Assembly (NCBI GenBank): GCA_001797675.1
Contig: MGQB01000018.1
Location: 30,495 to 94,494 of the forward strand
From: Deltaproteobacteria bacterium RBG_13_43_22
GTDB lineage: Bacteria > Desulfobacterota > RBG-13-43-22
Reading direction: 5' to 3'
DNA length: 64,000 nucleotides
Position 1 is the stretch's first letter. Every line of letters begins with the position of its first letter. Below the pieces are notes generated by a model. The model searched no databases and was not told where the DNA came from. It was given only the letters and a program-made list of their open reading frames with translations. The translations under genes and the position numbers were made by a program. Shown here piece by piece: positions 62,656 to 64,000 of this stretch.

Positions 62656-63687
62656 TCACTTGATCAGTTTAGCAATTTCTTTATGTCTAAATTTGCGCTG
62701 AGCAACATTACCAGTTGCTTGTTTAAATTTCGACTTGAAAACTGGATCATAATCTGGCCGTATATATTTAACACTGAACTCTTCTAATGAGATAATACTT
62801 TTTTCAATATCAATACTACCTGTTTTTTCTTCCTCTTGTCCTTCAAATCCAAATAAGCGTGCATATACTACAAGGAATATAGAGAAAAACATGAATTTTG
62901 GTTTAAACACATTTTTTATATGTTGTGATTCAAATAAATTCCCTAAAACTGTTATTACAGAATTAAAATTATTGTAAATTTCCTTTTTTATAGGAAGATC
63001 ATCATCATACTCACCATACATTCTATCGACTGCAGGGGAACTTGCTGATTTAATTCCTTGCATTAATGTATAAATGATATCAGATACAAGTGAGGCATCA
63101 GCCATCCTTGCTATCATATTTGGCGTTAGTATTTTAAAATCTATCCAAAAAGTATGATATTCTGCTGCGATTTCATAAATCAAAGTTTTCATTTCACCTG
63201 CATAAAGTGAATTTCTTTTTTCTTGAGTATTAAGTGGTAGGCTGAAAGAATTTAACCGAGAAAAAATCGAGATAATGTCACTTTCTGAAGCCCCTTTTAC
63301 AGAAATAAAAGAGACTTCAAAATCTTCTATCATTTGTTGTTCACTTCTAGGAAGCTGGCTGTATGTCAGTCCTACAAAGTTTTCGTCAAATATATTTTTC
63401 GATAAATTAAATTCATTGTTATAGAATTCCACAATTGTCGATATTCTCTGCTGGCCATCGATTATTTCTTTTCGTCTTTTACCTTCATCATTTACAAAAT
63501 CTCTTAGGTAAATTGGCGGCAATGGAAAATTGTTCATAATAGTGTCAATAAGAGCAGTTTTTGCTGTCAAAGGCCACCCTGTCCTTCTCCGCTGATATTT
63601 GGGTTGTATTGAAAGTTCTCGGCTTTTGAGAAGCCGTACAATGTCTAAAATGCTATACATTCTTTGTGATAGTTGAATTTTTGCCAT
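62656..63687 (-). CDS. DUF262 (ParB-like NTPase/nuclease N-terminal domain) protein lacking a DUF1524 nuclease half
   Basis: 343 aa with signature IIDGQQRISTI at residues 75-85. The C-terminal region is helical and has no His-Me/HNH motif I can see. Confidence 0.8.
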   Translation of the reverse strand: MAKIQLSQRMYSILDIVRLLKSRELSIQPKYQRRRTGWPLTAKTALIDTIMNNFPLPPIYLRDFVNDEGKRRKEIIDGQQRISTIVEFYNNEFNLSKNIFDENFVGLTYSQLPRSEQQMIEDFEVSFISVKGASESDIISIFSRLNSFSLPLNTQEKRNSLYAGEMKTLIYEIAAEYHTFWIDFKILTPNMIARMADASLVSDIIYTLMQGIKSASSPAVDRMYGEYDDDLPIKKEIYNNFNSVITVLGNLFESQHIKNVFKPKFMFFSIFLVVYARLFGFEGQEEEKTGSIDIEKSIISLEEFSVKYIRPDYDPVFKSKFKQATGNVAQRKFRHKEIAKLIK

Positions 63688-63828
63688 GTTTTTTTACCCC
63701 CCTTGTTGCTCTCATTTATTGATAAACATAGCCAAGATCAATCCATGTTTCTATGCGTATGCTATAAATAGGGACGTTTTATTGGAAATTATATTATTTT
63801 ATGGACACCTAATCCTGATTTATATCAA

Positions 63829-63999
63829 CTACATCGTACTTATATCAATATGCTTAAAGGGTTGGTATCGCTCAATTCTTTCTATAAAGCCTAAAGAGTC
63901 TAAATTCTTATTAATGCTCTCCGGGTCATGTCGTGGGCAAAAATAAAAAATTCCTTCATCCTCTCTTCTAATGCAAACTTCCTTTATATATGATGGTGG
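63829..63999 (-). CDS. 3' end of an ORF running off the window (partial)
   Basis: An open minus-strand frame from the window edge to TAG at 63829-63831. It encodes ..EDEGIFYFCPRHDPESINKNLDSLGFIERIERYQPFKHIDISTM and has the same AT-rich composition as the DUF262/HEPN pair. Confidence 0.3.
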   Translation of the reverse strand, partial: PPSYIKEVCIRREDEGIFYFCPRHDPESINKNLDSLGFIERIERYQPFKHIDISTM

Positions 64000-64000
64000 A

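Overview
This 64-kb window looks like a chromosomal segment from a sigma-54-using, type-IV-pilus-bearing anaerobe, probably Desulfobacterota-like; that taxonomic guess rests on gene content only. Most of the window is housekeeping: queC, a bioY-bioM-bioN ECF transporter with a BirA-type operator, hpt, fabD, a four-subunit 2-oxoacid:ferredoxin oxidoreductase, panE/panB, folD, pilT/pilU, hisH/hisF, pilB-pilC-pilS, an aspartate aminotransferase, and the conserved xseA-xseB-ispA-dxs-tlyA block. There are also two molybdenum-hydroxylase loci. The second is followed by a MoaD-like gene, two crotonases and a sigma-54 enhancer-binding protein. I found no rRNA, tRNA or CRISPR. Three things stand out. 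(1) An AT-rich terminal island (about 61.6-64.0 kb) carries a tightly coupled DUF262(ParB-like)+HEPN gene pair, a candidate uncharacterised defence module. (2) A 3.45-kb accessory island (5338-8793) is delimited by three copies of a roughly 20-bp motif. It carries a Y1/HUH (IS200/RAYT-like) transposase and three orphan ORFs separated by attC/REP-like imperfect palindromes. (3) Intergenic hairpin repeats are very dense, and their arms are built from degenerate 7-nt tandem words. They fill spacers even inside conserved operons. Several roughly 190-bp two-copy elements are also present. Coordinates of repeats and regulatory sites were read by eye and are approximate.
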